A stretch of 64,000 nucleotides of DNA, taken from the NCBI GenBank assembly GCA_964016885.1, contig OZ024752.1:62001-126000 (forward strand). Reading direction: 5' to 3'. This document shows positions 1-15,225 of the stretch, in pieces (the stretch's first letter is position 1; every line of letters starts with the position of its first letter). The notes below the pieces were generated by a model that searched no databases, was not told where the DNA came from, and worked only from the letters and a program-made list of their open reading frames with translations. Source of the DNA: Eledone cirrhosa (lineage: Eukaryota). Made by a program: the position numbers and the translations under genes.

Positions 1-152
1 CGATTTCTCTGGGTGAGAGATTTATATCGGGCTTTATTCCATATCTCTCCTCCAGATCAGTCGCTATTCTAATGTATGTATGTATGTATGTATGTATGTA
101 TGTATGTATGTATGTATGTATGTATGTATGTATGTATGTATGTATGTATGTA

Positions 153-348
153 TGGAGATCTCTCTACACTTGTCGTCACATGGTACCAAAGGCCCAACAC
201 TATGTGTCACAGGTGTAGTGTTTGTACCAGAGTTTTCAAGTCGCTGGCTGGACTAAAAGTCACACTTGTTTAGCGCATCGGTAGGGGTTCTCCTACATGG
301 ATATAAAGTAGTGGCCGTACTCGAAAACGAGTTGGCAGCCACCACCAT
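153..348 (+). mobile_element. 5'-truncated copy of the bipartite RTE-derived non-autonomous element, in (TATG)n
   Basis: Matches 1272-1476 and 56873-57076; encodes C2H2-like remnant CHRCSVCTRVFKSLAGLK; (TATG)n on both sides. Confidence 0.8.
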
Positions 349-870
349 GTATGTATGTATGTGCTAAGTGCGTATATATATGTATGTAAATATTACTCGT
401 CTGTTACAAAGAATGTTTCATCTATCTGGTTATCTTAGTACCAGTTATATTTCACGCCATCACTCCACCTCTCTCCTCCACGCCATTCGGTCGCTTTTCT
501 CCTTCTCTCTCCCCACCCTCTCTCTCTTTCCCTCTCTCTCTCTACACACGCACATATATATATATATACGTGGATGTATGTGTGTACCTGTCTTTGTGTC
601 TGTGTGTATGTGTGGTGTGTGTATGTGGTGTGTGTGTATGTGTGGTGTGTGTGGTGCATGTGTGTGTGTGTATGTCTGTGTGTGTGTGTGTGGGTATGTC
701 TGTGTATGTATATGTGTTGTGTGTTGTGTGCATGTGTCTGTGTATGTCTGTGTGTGTGTGTATGTCTGTGTGGTGTGTGTGGTGTGTGTGTGTATGTCTG
801 TGTGTGGTGTGTGTGTGTATGTGTGTGTATGTCTGTGTGTATGTATGTATGTATGTCTGTGTGTATGTCA

Positions 871-1476
871 GGTCACCAGTTGGTGCTACTGGTAACATGT
901 ATCCCAGTACAACCTGTCTCATGGTCGGGTCGTTGGCGACTAAACTGGCAACCCCACCAAGGTTTCTTGGTGAGGAGGGTGACTTTGGACATCCTGCAGG
1001 ACTAAAAACAAAACCTGTCAAAGGGCAAAGGAGCTCTTAAGAGTCAATGGCCATCCAAAATCACCGGGAGAGATGACCCCTTAGCCTTTGTCAAGGCAGA
1101 ATTCTAGGAGAAGGAAAACTCTGATATAACACCTGCAACCCTGATGGTATCCAATGATGTTGACTTGTTCTTCTTTTTGGTAAATATCATCTTGGTTAAG
1201 AGAGTGGGACTGGCTTTGTGCAGTGCCTTTGCTCACTATAAAAGCTTCACGGCACAGGCATTGCTTTATATTTGGAGATCTCTCTGCACTTGTCGTCACA
1301 TGGTACCATGGGCCCAGCACTATGTGTCAATAATTGTCACAAGTGTAGTGTTTGTACCAGAGTTTTCAAGTCGCTGGCTGGACTAAAAAGTCACACTCGT
1401 TCAGCGCATCGGTAGGGGTTCTCCTACAGGGATATAAAGTAATGGCCGTACTCGAAAACGAGTTGGCAGCCATCAT
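871..1476 (+). mobile_element. ~605 bp non-autonomous element: RTE-like 5'UTR joined to RTE-like 3' end
   Basis: Near-identical to 56470-57076; CTAGGAGAAGGAAAACTCTGA motif resembling RTE 5'UTRs; 1335-1415 reads CHKCSVCTRVFKSLAGLKSHTRSAHR* (C2H2 finger typical of RTE ORF C-termini); terminal hairpin CTCG-AAAA-CGAG. Confidence 0.75.
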
Positions 1477-1725
1477 GTCTGTGTATGTATGTGTGTGTGT
1501 GTGGTGTGTGTGTATGTCTGTGTGTGGTGTGTGTGTGTGTGTGTATGTGTGTGTATGTGTGTGTCTGTCTGTGTGTATGTATGTCTGTGTATGTATGTTT
1601 ATGTCTGTGTGTGTGGTATGTCTGTATGTGTGTGTGTGGTGTGTGTGTATGTGTGTGTGTGGTGTGTGTGTGAGGTGTGTGTGTATGTGTGTGTATGATG
1701 TGCCTGTCTTTGTGTCTGTCTGTGT

Positions 1726-1765
<40 letters not shown>

Positions 1766-1922
1766 TGAGTGTGTATGTGTGTGTGTGCCTGTGTCTGTGT
1801 CTGTGTATGTGTGTACATATAATACATACAGATGTATAATATTGCAAAACCAGAACAAAGGCGTTTATTAAGTGAAATATGATTCTTTTAAAAATCTTAT
1901 TTACAAGAAAACGATGTTATTA

Positions 1923-1979
<57 letters not shown>

Positions 1980-2110
1980 ATAAATATATATATATACACA
2001 TGTATATATAAATATATATATATGCACATGTATACGCAAATATGTGCGTGTATATATATATATATATATATACACACGCACATATTTGCGTATACATGTG
2101 CACACAGAGA
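1477..2110. repeat. Compound (TG)n/(TA)n microsatellite
   Basis: Directly visible; similar tract at 570-870. Confidence 0.9.
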
Positions 2111-3010
2111 AAATACTGATAATTCTTATATTTGTGGCACAAAGCCACATATTGGTGGGACTGGGTTATGGGGTTATAGTCAATTGAATTGACCTTTGTA
2201 CATGAGTGGTATTTATTTTTCGACACTGAAGGAACGAAAGACAAAATCAATAACAGCCGAATGTGAACTCAGAACTTAACAGAACGAAACCCAATACTCT
2301 AAGACATACAGTCTGCTCTTGTACACCATTTACGCCAAATTAGCAACCTTGAGCTTAAAAATAAATTTGATTCTGGGCATTGGCACAGGGACACAAATTG
2401 TAACTAACTACAGCCGTCACTCGCAATCGACTACGATTTGGTAGTATGTACTATGATTTCATTATGGGTTTTAGGTGTTTATACAGTCGTGAGTAGACAC
2501 AGACACCTTCTCGTCTCTCTTTCTTTCTCGTCTGTCTCCCTCTCGTCCATCTCTCTCCCTCTCGTCCCCCTTTCGATCTTCCTTGATGCAGTGGACACTC
2601 AGGGTGTGAGAGATGGAAGGAGAGAGAGGGCTGCACAAGCACTAGACTGATATTTTTTTATCGACCGCGAAAGGGTTAAAAAGTAAAGTGAAACATCTGT
2701 GGTATTTGAACTCACAAGACACTCGAAACAAATATTCAATATTCTCACGACTCTACCAATTCGACCGCCATACATATACACTAGAACATTAAATATGGTA
2801 GATTGAAATACCTCTGACGTTTAGATGGAATATATTTTAGGGTTCCCAATGACCACCCAGAAGAATGTGAACATGTAATGTAAGATGGAAAGGTTGAAAA
2901 TAAATAGGGTAAATTTGAAAATATAGTCACCAATGCTGATAACTGAAGAATGACATGATGCTGAATGAAAATAAAAGCAATTTCGACAAACACATACACA
3001 CCGACCACAA

Positions 3011-3298
3011 CTAAATATGGAATGATACGCAATGGGGCCCACCCACAGCCCCGGCGGACAGAATGGAGAAGGCGTTTCCCCGGAGGACAGCAAGGACGCG
3101 CTGGAAAAGCCACTCCAACTCGCGGGGCTCACACCTGCGGCTGGTCAGCTCAGCGCCTATGGTGGTGAGTAGGGAGGTAGCCCTAGGGCCAAGGACACCA
3201 GAAGTCTCCACTGCCAGGGGTACAACCGCAAACCTGTCGGAGAGCGACCGGTATTTGAGGAGTTTAGCCTCCTCAGCCCGACGTGCAGCAGAACCCGG
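3011..3298 (-). pseudogene. C-terminal restriction-like endonuclease fragment of a CRE-clade-like non-LTR retrotransposon
   Basis: Minus strand reads PGSAARRAEEAKLLKYRSLSDRFAVVPLAVETSGVLG...WLFQRVLAVLRGNAFSIL; the K..KY, PLAVET.G and RGNA pattern is typical of CRE-type RLE C-termini. Confidence 0.75.
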
Positions 3299-3300
3299 GA

Positions 3301-3490
3301 ATTATAATTGTTTCTTCTTTTGGCACAAGGCCAGCAATTTCTCCACTGCATTACTGGTACTTTATTTTATCGACCCCGTAAGGATGAAAGGCAAAGTTAA
3401 CCTCGGCGGGATTTTAATTCAGACCGCAAAGGGCTGTGAGTCTATGCTTCAAAGCATTGCGTCCGGCCTTCTACCGATACTGCCAATGCT
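3301..3490 (-). mobile_element. tRNA-type SINE (dominant local family)
   Basis: Reverse complement of shared core CTTTGCCTTTCATCCTTACGGGGTCGATAAAATAAAGTACCAG with 3' end GCCTTGTGCCAAAAG..GAAACAATTAT. Confidence 0.85.
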
Positions 3491-3843
3491 GATAACTATA
3501 ATAATAGTTGATAAGCATAAATTATAGTTGAATAAATCGAGTAAAGTAACACCCGGAGAGGGACAAAAGTAGACAGAAACACGGATCTCTCGCAGGCTGG
3601 GTGAGCGTGTTTAATCCCTAGCTGCGAATTACCGTCAAGCGTGACTTCAAATGTGGAAACATGGCTTGGTTCACTTATGAAGAGTTGGGAGATTTGCAAT
3701 TTGAAAATATAATTACCAATGCAGATTTATTCAACCCGATTTATTCTACAATTATTCATGATTATCAACTATTATTAGAGTTATCTGCATTGGAGCGACG
3801 ATATTTCCAAATATCAAATATCAAATTTCCCAATGCTTCATAA

Positions 3844-4065
3844 CCCTTTAGCATTTAAACCAGCTGTATCCGGCCAGAATTCTCTCACCTCTTTCTGTTC
3901 AAACCGACTGTAGCTGGCTACTCATATTGATGTTAAGGTATTGCTCTCAAAATAAATAATATCAACATCTCACAGATTCGATATTATGTGATATAATTAT
4001 GTGAGGTAAAGCCTTTAACACAAAAAATACAATAGTAAATATAGAGTAATGTAAATGCTAAAGGG
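3844..4065. mobile_element. piggyBac-like MITE
   Basis: 14-bp TIR CCCTTTAGCATTTA / TAAATGCTAAAGGG; flanks ATAA (3840-3843) and TTAA (4066-4069). Confidence 0.7.
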
Positions 4066-4377
4066 TTAAATAAGAAGTTTTATCGTTTGTGCTGCATCAG
4101 TAATATTTGTGCTAAGAAATGTTCATATTCGTAGGAATATAAATGTGTTATGAAAATTTACGAGACCGAGTCAATAAAATAAGTCGTTATAAAATTAGAA
4201 ATCTTACAATGTTTAATTGTATGAATCCAAATAGATGAACATAAAGTTGAGGTATTTAAATATGCGTAACTGCTTTCAGCTTTCTGCTGAATTAAGTATT
4301 GTGGGTTTTTTTGTTAAGAAAATGCCATAACCATTACAAATATTGATTTCTAACATTGACGTAAGGTCAGAGATCGA

Positions 4378-4525
4378 AGGCCACATGGGTTACTGTGGCT
4401 AGGGTATTGGGCTTACGATCGTTAGTTTGTGAGATCAATTCCCAGCGGCATATTATATACTTGGTACTTGGGCAAGACATTTTATTTCCCGTTGCTCCAG
4501 ACCACTCAGCTGGCAAAAATGAGTT
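4378..4525 (+). mobile_element. Second SINE family, tRNA-like head (degenerate)
   Basis: A/B-box-like head followed by GGGCAAGACATTTTATTTCCCGTTGCTCCAG; similar to 40315-40460. Confidence 0.6.
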
Positions 4526-4622
4526 ATATATACATACTCACATACATGCATATATATATATATATACAGTATATATATATATATATATATACAGTATATA
4601 TATATATATATATATATATACA

Positions 4623-4687
<65 letters not shown>

Positions 4688-4726
4688 TATATATATATAG
4701 TATATATATATATATATATATATATA

Positions 4727-4768
<42 letters not shown>

Positions 4769-4907
4769 TATATATATATATATATATATGCATATATATA
4801 TATATATATATGCATATATATATATATATGCATATATATATATACATATATATATACATATATATATATACATATATATATACATATATATATATACATA
4901 TATATAT

Positions 4908-5097
4908 AGCGGCGATGAATTAGTTTTGCGAGGTTTTTTATATGAAATCGTGTGTCGAAACAGATATTGTTATATTTGGGGAGGGTCATATTTGCGTAAT
5001 ATTGCCAGAATTAATAACAGAACACACTCATTATTATTATTATTATTATTAATTCTGGCAATATTACGCAAATATGACCCTCCCCAAATATAACAAC
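4908..5097. mobile_element. Fold-back Penelope-like mini-element (family C) in (TA)n
   Basis: ~50-bp inverted arms 4967-5017 / 5047-5097; ATGACCCTCCC..A.TATAACAA end shared with 10167-10190 and 28345-28370. Confidence 0.65.
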
Positions 5098-5192
5098 ATA
5101 TATATATACATATATATATATACATATATATATATGTATATATATATATGTGTATATATATGTATATATACATATATATATATGTGTATTTT

Positions 5193-5233
<41 letters not shown>

Positions 5234-5235
5234 TA

Positions 5236-5557
<322 letters not shown>

Positions 5558-5578
5558 TATGTATATATAAATATATAT

Positions 5579-6029
<451 letters not shown>

Positions 6030-6030
6030 G

Positions 6031-6083
<53 letters not shown>

Positions 6084-6084
6084 G

Positions 6085-6118
<34 letters not shown>

Positions 6119-6361
6119 TATGTACATATATATATATATATATGTACATATTTATATATATGTGTATATATATATATACATATATATATATATGTATATA
6201 TATATATGTGTATACACACACACACGCACATATATATATATATATACATATATATGGTAGACACTGGCTAAACTCCAGTGATAGATAGTGGCCTCTGATG
6301 CAACTGAAATATTTCAAAAGATAAATAATCAGACAAAAACACTCACACACTCATATACACA

Positions 6362-6424
<63 letters not shown>

Positions 6425-6582
6425 CGTGTGTGTGCAGATATATTCGGAGAGACGCATGGACCAAATTGTTATGATATACATACATTTGACTTAAATGAAA
6501 AGGAAATACTTAACTAGATAATATAGAAATCATAGATGCACACACTGATGTGCGTATATATATGTAAATGCATATAATTATA

Positions 6583-6652
<70 letters not shown>

Positions 6653-6870
6653 GTGTGTGTGTGTGTGTGTATGTGTCTGTATGTATACCATATATAAAAC
6701 ACTGATATCTATCTATAAAGACAGACATACTTACACACCCATACAAATGCAAGCGTGAGTGCGCACAAGTCTTTTCTGTCTCCCTCTCACATGAACACAC
6801 ACACGCACATATATATATATAAATACACTTTCATACATACATACATACATATATATATACATACTCACAA

Positions 6871-6934
<64 letters not shown>

Positions 6935-6936
<2 letters not shown>

Positions 6937-7091
6937 CGAAGGAAATGTGGTAAGGAACCAGGTGGACCATAACGCACCAAAGTACTCAATACTTGGGGTA
7001 GTAGAGTGGGTAATAGGAACCAGTAAGACCCCGACGGCTGAGCTCAAGCCGTCGAAACGGCTTGAGCTCAGCCGTCGGGGTTTTACTGGTT

Positions 7092-7094
<3 letters not shown>
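6935..7094. mobile_element. Family A mini-element with terminal hairpin and 3' half of a hammerhead
   Basis: Arms 7013-7052 / 7057-7096; GAAACGGC-TTGAGCTCA-GCCGTC gives GAAA, stem III and a GUC triplet. Confidence 0.75.
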
Positions 7095-7144
<50 letters not shown>

Positions 7145-7603
7145 GTGTGCATATATATATATGTATATATATGTATATATATACATATATATATATGTAT
7201 ATATATATATATACATATATATATGTATATATATATATACATATATATATATGTATATATATATATATACATATATATATGTATATATATATATACATAT
7301 ATATATACATATATATATGTATATATATATATACATATATATATGTATATATATATGTATATATATATATACATATATATATGTATATATATATGTATAT
7401 ATATATATACATATATATATGTATATATATATGTATATATATATATACATATATATATGTATATATATATGTATATATATATATACATATATATATGTAT
7501 ATATATATGTATATATATATATACATATATATATGTATATATATATGTATATATATATATACATATATATATGTATATATATATGTATATATATATATAC
7601 ATA

Positions 7604-7651
<48 letters not shown>

Positions 7652-7663
7652 CATATATATATG

Positions 7664-7751
<88 letters not shown>

Positions 7752-7757
7752 CATATA

Positions 7758-7941
<184 letters not shown>

Positions 7942-7953
7942 CATATATATATG

Positions 7954-7989
<36 letters not shown>

Positions 7990-8029
7990 TATATACATAT
8001 ATATATGTATATATATATATATACATATA

Positions 8030-8089
<60 letters not shown>

Positions 8090-8140
8090 TATATACATAC
8101 ATATATATATATATGTATATATATATGTATATATATATAT

Positions 8141-8182
<42 letters not shown>

Positions 8183-8193
8183 ATATATATATG

Positions 8194-8288
<95 letters not shown>

Positions 8289-8720
8289 GTACATATACAC
8301 TCAGCTGTAGCCGTTTAAAGATTACGTTGATATTTAATCTTTAATCTGGGATTATTGTCGTCTGCACGTAATCTTGTTAACAGTTAATCAATCGACAACA
8401 GTTTTATGCTGGTACATAGCACATAGACTACCTAAACACACACTCCTACATACACACAGATATAGAAGCATACACACACGCACGCACATACACACACTCA
8501 CAGACAGCCAGTGTGCGCATGCCTATATATTTGTTTACAATCCTTCTGGTGGTTAGCCATGTCTGCTGAGAAAGCAGACATGAAAGGGATGGGATGGAAT
8601 AGACATCTTTCACACATATTACACACACACAAGCATTCACATGTCCATGCAAAACATGTACGGAAATATGAGTGTGAGTATTTGTGCATGGAGTGTATAC
8701 ACCCCCCCCCACCACCACAC

Positions 8721-8761
<41 letters not shown>

Positions 8762-8766
<5 letters not shown>

Positions 8767-9165
8767 AAATATACATGGTATATTTTGTGTTAGTTAATCA
8801 ACCACAGTTTAGAGCACTCAACGAAGTATCTGGTATAACAAAGGCTGGTATAACAATGAAATAGAAGCCAGTAGGACAGAATTTACCTAAAATTATTGAT
8901 TACATAGTCACTATAATACGTATTTCGATGTTAACTGTTACAACATCATCAGATAGCTATTACATGAACAGAAAATTACATGAGTAAAAATAAAATGAAT
9001 AAAAATTACTTATACAGTTTCCATACTGTGATATGACACGGGTAGAATTTTGGTATTATTTCCTCAAAGCCCTGCTACAGCTGCCATTGAAATTCGTATA
9101 ACAGCGATTATGTAATCAATAAAATGAGATAAATTCTTGCCTACTGGCTTCTACTGCACTGTTAC
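8762..9165 (-). mobile_element. Penelope-like non-autonomous element with inverted arm
   Basis: Inverted match ~8850-8907 / 9108-9165; hammerhead at 8910-8957; TGAGTGC on minus strand at 8814-8820; begins at a (TA)n tract. Confidence 0.65.
8910..8957 (-). ncRNA. Type I hammerhead ribozyme motif
   Basis: Minus strand: GCTAT-CTGATGA-TGTTG..TAACA-TC-GAAA-TACGTA-T-T-ATAGT; palindromic stem III ATACGTAT; stem I GCTAT/ATAGT. Confidence 0.75.
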
Positions 9166-9171
9166 ACTCTG

Positions 9172-9266
<95 letters not shown>

Positions 9267-9828
9267 GCGCATATATGTGCGTTTGAAATTTCATCGAAAG
9301 CAAAGAAATTTTTTAATTTTCAAACTCGCCCAATTTCCTTGTAAACATGTCGATTTATTTACATTTCTAGTCAATTGCTAAGACTTCTATTGAAACCGCG
9401 AAAGATTGGCCATGTCACTTTAGCCTAATGGCTATCACAGCCACCCAATATATTGAAGATGTGTGGTTTGTTACCTGCAGGTCTCTCTATGTAACATGTC
9501 TTGTCTCCAAGGGTTTATTTAAAACACAATTTTATTAGTTGACACACGATTTGTGGCAGCTTTCGATGACAAAACTTTTAATCTTACCCGTTTTCTTCGT
9601 TCAAATGTGAAGACTTCTCATTAGGCAGTAAGTAAAAGATACAGCAGGTCGGTCCCTTTAGTGTAATGGCTATGGCAGTTGTTCGGCATCCGCCAAATGA
9701 GGGTTTCGATTCCTGCTGGTGTCTTCAAGGCTGACTTATTCCACAATTTCTTTAGTCAATATATCAACTGTGGCACTATGGTACAATAAATGGAAATGAA
9801 TTTCATATATATATAATTATATATATAT

Positions 9829-10190
9829 ATTTCGTTTCTGAATTTGTTTAGCAAGATTCTTTATCTGAAAACGTGTGTTGAAACAGACACCCGGATGTGG
9901 CGCATGCGCAGACTGAGCACACAACACACACGCAGAAACAAGATGGCGTAGGACAGAACAAAGGAGAGGCACAAAAACAAAGAAAAGAATCCCCAGTGAC
10001 TGAAGAGGTCACAGAATGTGTGACGAAAGAACTTTGACAATATATAAACAACCATCTGGTTGTGGAACCAACCAACCAACCGGAAATTTATAAATTCCTA
10101 AATTTATAAATTTATTATAATAAATTGAAGTGAAAGCAACTGGTGCGTGTGTTTCTTATTGGCAACATGACCCTCCCATAGTATAACAAT
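9829..10190 (+). mobile_element. Family C Penelope-like pLTR element
   Basis: Ends related to 4917-4990 and 28330-28410; internal hammerhead-like motif followed by AATAAA at 10118; flanked by TA repeats. Confidence 0.65.
9996..10038 (+). ncRNA. Hammerhead ribozyme motif with imperfect stem I
   Basis: GTGA-CTGAAGA-G-GTCAC(AGAATGT)GTGAC-GAAA-GAAC-T-T-TGAC. Confidence 0.6.
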
Positions 10191-10202
10191 ATATATATAT
10201 AT

Positions 10203-10452
10203 ATAATTACAACAGTGACATAAACAGGTACTCAAATTTCGTTGGGTTCAGGACAAAAACTCATTCAACCTGTCATAAGAAAAATAAAAATAAAGATCTT
10301 TATTTTTATTTTTCTTATGGCAGGTTGAATGATTTGGGGTCCTGAACCTAACGAAATTTGAGTACCTGTTTATGTCACTGTTGTAATTATTTATACTAAA
10401 CTCGTATGGACTGAGTGCTCTTACCTTTGGATATTTCTCCTATCTTTTAATA

Positions 10453-10457
<5 letters not shown>
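10203..10457 (+). mobile_element. Fold-back mini-element with degenerate hammerhead-like motif
   Basis: ~90-bp arms centred on AAAGATCTTT (~10292-10301); CAGG-TTGAATGA...GAAA-TTTGA-GTA-CCTG at 10321-10368; TGAGTGC at 10412-10418, ~40 nt before (TA)n. Confidence 0.6.
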
Positions 10458-10498
<41 letters not shown>

Positions 10499-11133
10499 TT
10501 TATAAATAACAATCAAAGAGTGTTTTAGAACATTTAATTACTAACGATCGTTTCATCCAAGCACAAAGCTGAAACATCGGAGTATATATCAAAGGTTAAA
10601 ACACAAATAAACTTTTCAAAGAACATTTTGAGGATACACAATATGGGAAGAAAGCATAAATATTAACATGCAGGTAAAGAGAAATATGCTGCTATAAGGA
10701 AGTTAAGCATAGTGCAAGGCATATATCATAATTAGTAGATAAACATACATCATAAGCAACACAAAAGTTTATAAAAGCAGTTGCATAGATCCAATATATA
10801 TATATATATACAATGGCTTGAATATTATTTGTTAGAAATACAACAATCAGCTGCAGCAACGTCAGAATTGACGAAGGTCCAACAACTTCAATATTACTTG
10901 TTAGGGGTGTAACAAACAGCTGCAATAACAGTAAAATCTCTGTGAAATGAGCAAAACTGTTAATATCGGAATATTGGAGTATTGTTTTATAGGAATATTG
11001 CTTTAGGTTGTAATCTTGAAGCATAAATTAACTAACGCCTTCGTGATTTATGGACTTACTCAAATCCTTTCTGAAACTGCATCTCGCATTATTTTAACGT
11101 GCAGTTGATCTCCGCCTTCTGCATTTCTAAATT

Positions 11134-11207
<74 letters not shown>

Positions 11208-11508
11208 TGTGTGTGTGTGTGTGTGTTTGGCTGTATGTGTGGGATTATGTGATTGTGCAGTTGACCCCAGCTTGTACAGTTCTAGACCTAACTTTTTACA
11301 GTAAGTTTACATTTTGTGTCAAATACATTTTGTGTCAAATACACCATGTGCTTACATGGTAAATGGGGGTTAAAATGCACAAGAAATAGTATACAAAGCT
11401 GAAACCAGCCGCATTTGGTTTAATCTCAATACCAAACAAACAGAATACAGATATGATAACAAGTAAATTCTTCTGTGTAAACATAGCAGCACTGATGAAT
11501 GGAAAAGA

Positions 11509-11549
<41 letters not shown>

Positions 11550-11759
11550 CGCGTGTGTGAGTGTGTCATTGGGTGTCTGTGTGTGAGTATGTTATTGTGC
11601 AGTTGATCCCTGTTTGTGTGGGCTCTGCATCACTACTATCTTAAGTAAAAGAAGGTCACTCTAGAACTTGTGTAATGAAATTGTGTGAAATTATGAAAAC
11701 TGTAGGTGATTAACATTTAAAGAGAAGTCATTGTGGCCCGGCTATATATATATATATAT

Positions 11760-11943
11760 AATTGTTTCTACCTTTGGCACAAAGCCAGCAATTACCCAGT
11801 GCATTACTGGTACTTCATTTTATCGACCTCGTAAGGATGAGAGGCAAAGTTAACCTCGGCGGGATTTGAACTCAGAATGGCAAGGGCCGTAACTCTGTAC
11901 GTCAAAGCATGGCGTCCGACCCTCTACCGATACTGCCAATCCA
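11760..11943 (-). mobile_element. tRNA-type SINE
   Basis: Near full-length reverse copy of the dominant SINE; partial head also at 12676-12737. Confidence 0.85.
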
Positions 11944-11945
11944 TA

Positions 11946-12098
11946 TATAATGAAAAATAAAAGTTACGGGCGAAAGAAGGTAATATCCATCGTCAGTTGT
12001 CTGCTAGGAATCATAGGTATTTCTTCGCGTATGATTCCTAGCAGACAACTGACGATGGATATTCCCCTCTTTCGCCCGTAACTTTTATTTTTCATTAT
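11946..12098. repeat. ~67-bp inverted repeat (fold-back mini-element)
   Basis: Arms 11946-12012 / 12030-12098. Confidence 0.8.
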
Positions 12099-12180
12099 AC
12101 TTAATTGCAACCACACAGCTCGCCATTTTTTATATATATATTTATCATTGTAGTAGTTATGGTGGTGGTCTGTACACAAA

Positions 12181-12223
<43 letters not shown>

Positions 12224-12256
12224 ATATGTGTGGATGCATGTATATATGTATGTGTA

Positions 12257-12306
<50 letters not shown>

Positions 12307-12334
12307 TATATATACACACATACATATATACATG

Positions 12335-12635
<301 letters not shown>

Positions 12636-13137
12636 ATATACATGTATATATAAACTGTCTAAGGTGTTTAAAGTGACCGTAACTCTATGCGTCAAAGCAT
12701 GGCGTCCGACCCTCTACCGATACGGCCAATCCACCTCCGTTTAAAGTGAATATAATGTAACTAAGATAGAAAGAAGAAAGTAATAAAAAAGGAAGAAAAA
12801 AGAGAGCAAGAAAGAACGAGAAAAGAGAAAAGTAGTAAGGAAATTTGGCTTGTTGAAAATATTAGTGCAGTAAAAAGAAAGCTGTGATCACTGAACTGTA
12901 TTAACGACACTACTTGAAGACAGACACAAAAAAATTATTATACTATTTGAAGGTTATCAAATCTGACTGCCTCGTAATCACAAATATGTCTGTCTGTCTG
13001 ACTGTAAATCTCTCTTTCTCACTTCCTCTCTCTGTATATATGTACACACACACACACACACACATATATATACACACAGAGAAGAAGGGAAAGAGAGACT
13101 GATGTATTTATGTATGTATGCATGCATGTATATGTAA

Positions 13138-13169
<32 letters not shown>

Positions 13170-13246
13170 ATATATATTATATATATATATATATATAAAT
13201 GAAAGGTATAGAAAACACTGCAGCGAAAAGCGAACAGCATTCCATA

Positions 13247-13282
<36 letters not shown>

Positions 13283-13286
13283 CATA

Positions 13287-13353
<67 letters not shown>

Positions 13354-13540
13354 TATATATATATATATATAATATATAAGTGGAGTGTTACACACTCCCA
13401 ATTCTCTCCCTTATATATATTATATATTATATATTATATATATACACAGAGAGAAGAAGGGAAAGAGAGACTGATGTATTTATGTATGTATGCATGCATG
13501 TATGTATTTATGTATGCATGTATATGTAAATATATATATA

Positions 13541-13598
<58 letters not shown>

Positions 13599-13600
13599 TA

Positions 13601-13644
<44 letters not shown>

Positions 13645-13645
13645 A

Positions 13646-14173
<528 letters not shown>

Positions 14174-14597
14174 GTAGAGTATCGCGAGAAATCGCAAATC
14201 ATCAGGACACTTTCTCGGTCCAGAAGTAAATTTCAAGACAAGAATTTCCAGCCATTCGTTGTCCATGAACATTTCGAATGAAATGATTGTCACGTGGCCA
14301 AGTCACCGACAGGAGGGTTGTAAGTGGACGGTGGCAGGCAACGTGCAACTAGAAATTAGTTCGATTCCGCCAAATTTTCACTCTACCACGAGGGAGTGTA
14401 TTATATATTAAACGAAAAAGTATACATATCTATACACGAGTTTAGATACAAATATATCTACATACATATAGAGTGTCCAAGTTATACTGAGTATAACTAT
14501 GAAAGAGTTAATATATTTAAGAGATTCTATGAAAGAGTTAATATATTTAACAGATTCCGAACCTAATATTATCATATATATATATAAGAGAAGGGGT

Positions 14598-14648
14598 GAG
14601 TCGTCCTGATAAACGCTAATGAGCGAGAAACAGGACTGTCGATTACTC
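14598..14648 (+). ncRNA. Hammerhead motif with G8>A core mutation, likely inactive
   Basis: GAGTCGTC-CTGATAA-A-CGCT(AATG)AGCG-A-GAAA-CAG(GA)CTG-T-C-GATTACTC. Confidence 0.6.
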
Positions 14649-14756
14649 TCCTTTGCTTTTGTCTACAAAGTTCCGTTTGGATAGACTATCCAAACGGAAC
14701 TTGAACCGTTAAGGTCAAATTCCTGGGTATGTCACTATTTATAAAACAAACTTTGT

Positions 14757-14815
14757 ATTTTATCTGATGAGAACGTACCAAAGTTTTGGTACCCTTGAAA
14801 TATATATAATAGAAT
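14757..14815 (+). ncRNA. Type I hammerhead ribozyme motif
   Basis: ATTTTAT-CTGATGA-GAAC-GTACCAAA..TTTGGTAC-CCTT-GAAA-TATATA-T-A-ATAGAAT; 7-bp stem I, palindromic stem III. Confidence 0.75.
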
Positions 14816-14970
14816 AAATATGGTTTTATAAATATAGTTTCCATTTATTAATATCAATGATATATATATATATATCAATATTTTCATAATTGAAATTACA
14901 TCGAGTTCTTCATGCAGAATAGACCCCACAACTTACTGTGGATACCTCTGTGTATATATATATGTAAAAG

Positions 14971-15095
14971 TAGTTCCACAACAGTTAGTTCACCATACCG
15001 AGATCCGCATAAGGTGAAACATTTGTTCTCGGTATGATGAACTAACTGTTGTGGAACTACTTCTACCAAACTCGTTTCATGGACTGAGTGGTCTA
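14971..15095 (+). mobile_element. Fold-back mini-element with 3' part of a hammerhead
   Basis: Arms ~14971-15002 / 15027-15059; AGA-TCC(GCATAA)GGT-GAAAC-ATTT-GTT; TGAGTGG at ~15085. Confidence 0.55.
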
Positions 15096-15174
15096 CTACT
15101 ACTACTACTACTACTACTATTACTACTACTACTACTACTACTACTACTACGGATATAACTCTCCAGTGTTCTAC

Positions 15175-15223
<49 letters not shown>

Positions 15224-15225
<2 letters not shown>

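Noticed and set aside
985-1030. CTAAAAACAAAACCTGTCAAAGGGC as a telomerase RNA-like segment
   Set aside because: No TTAGGG template, and it lies in a multicopy retroelement.
11486-11512. CTGATGA-ATG-GAAA as a minimal hammerhead
   Set aside because: No stem II, no stem III/UH triplet and no stem I complement.
12044-12085. CTGACGA in the 11946-12098 hairpin as a hammerhead
   Set aside because: No GAAA in register downstream on the same strand; kept only as an inverted repeat.
14195-14215. Minus-strand CTGATGA (also at ~41850)
   Set aside because: Not followed by a stem II and GAAA.
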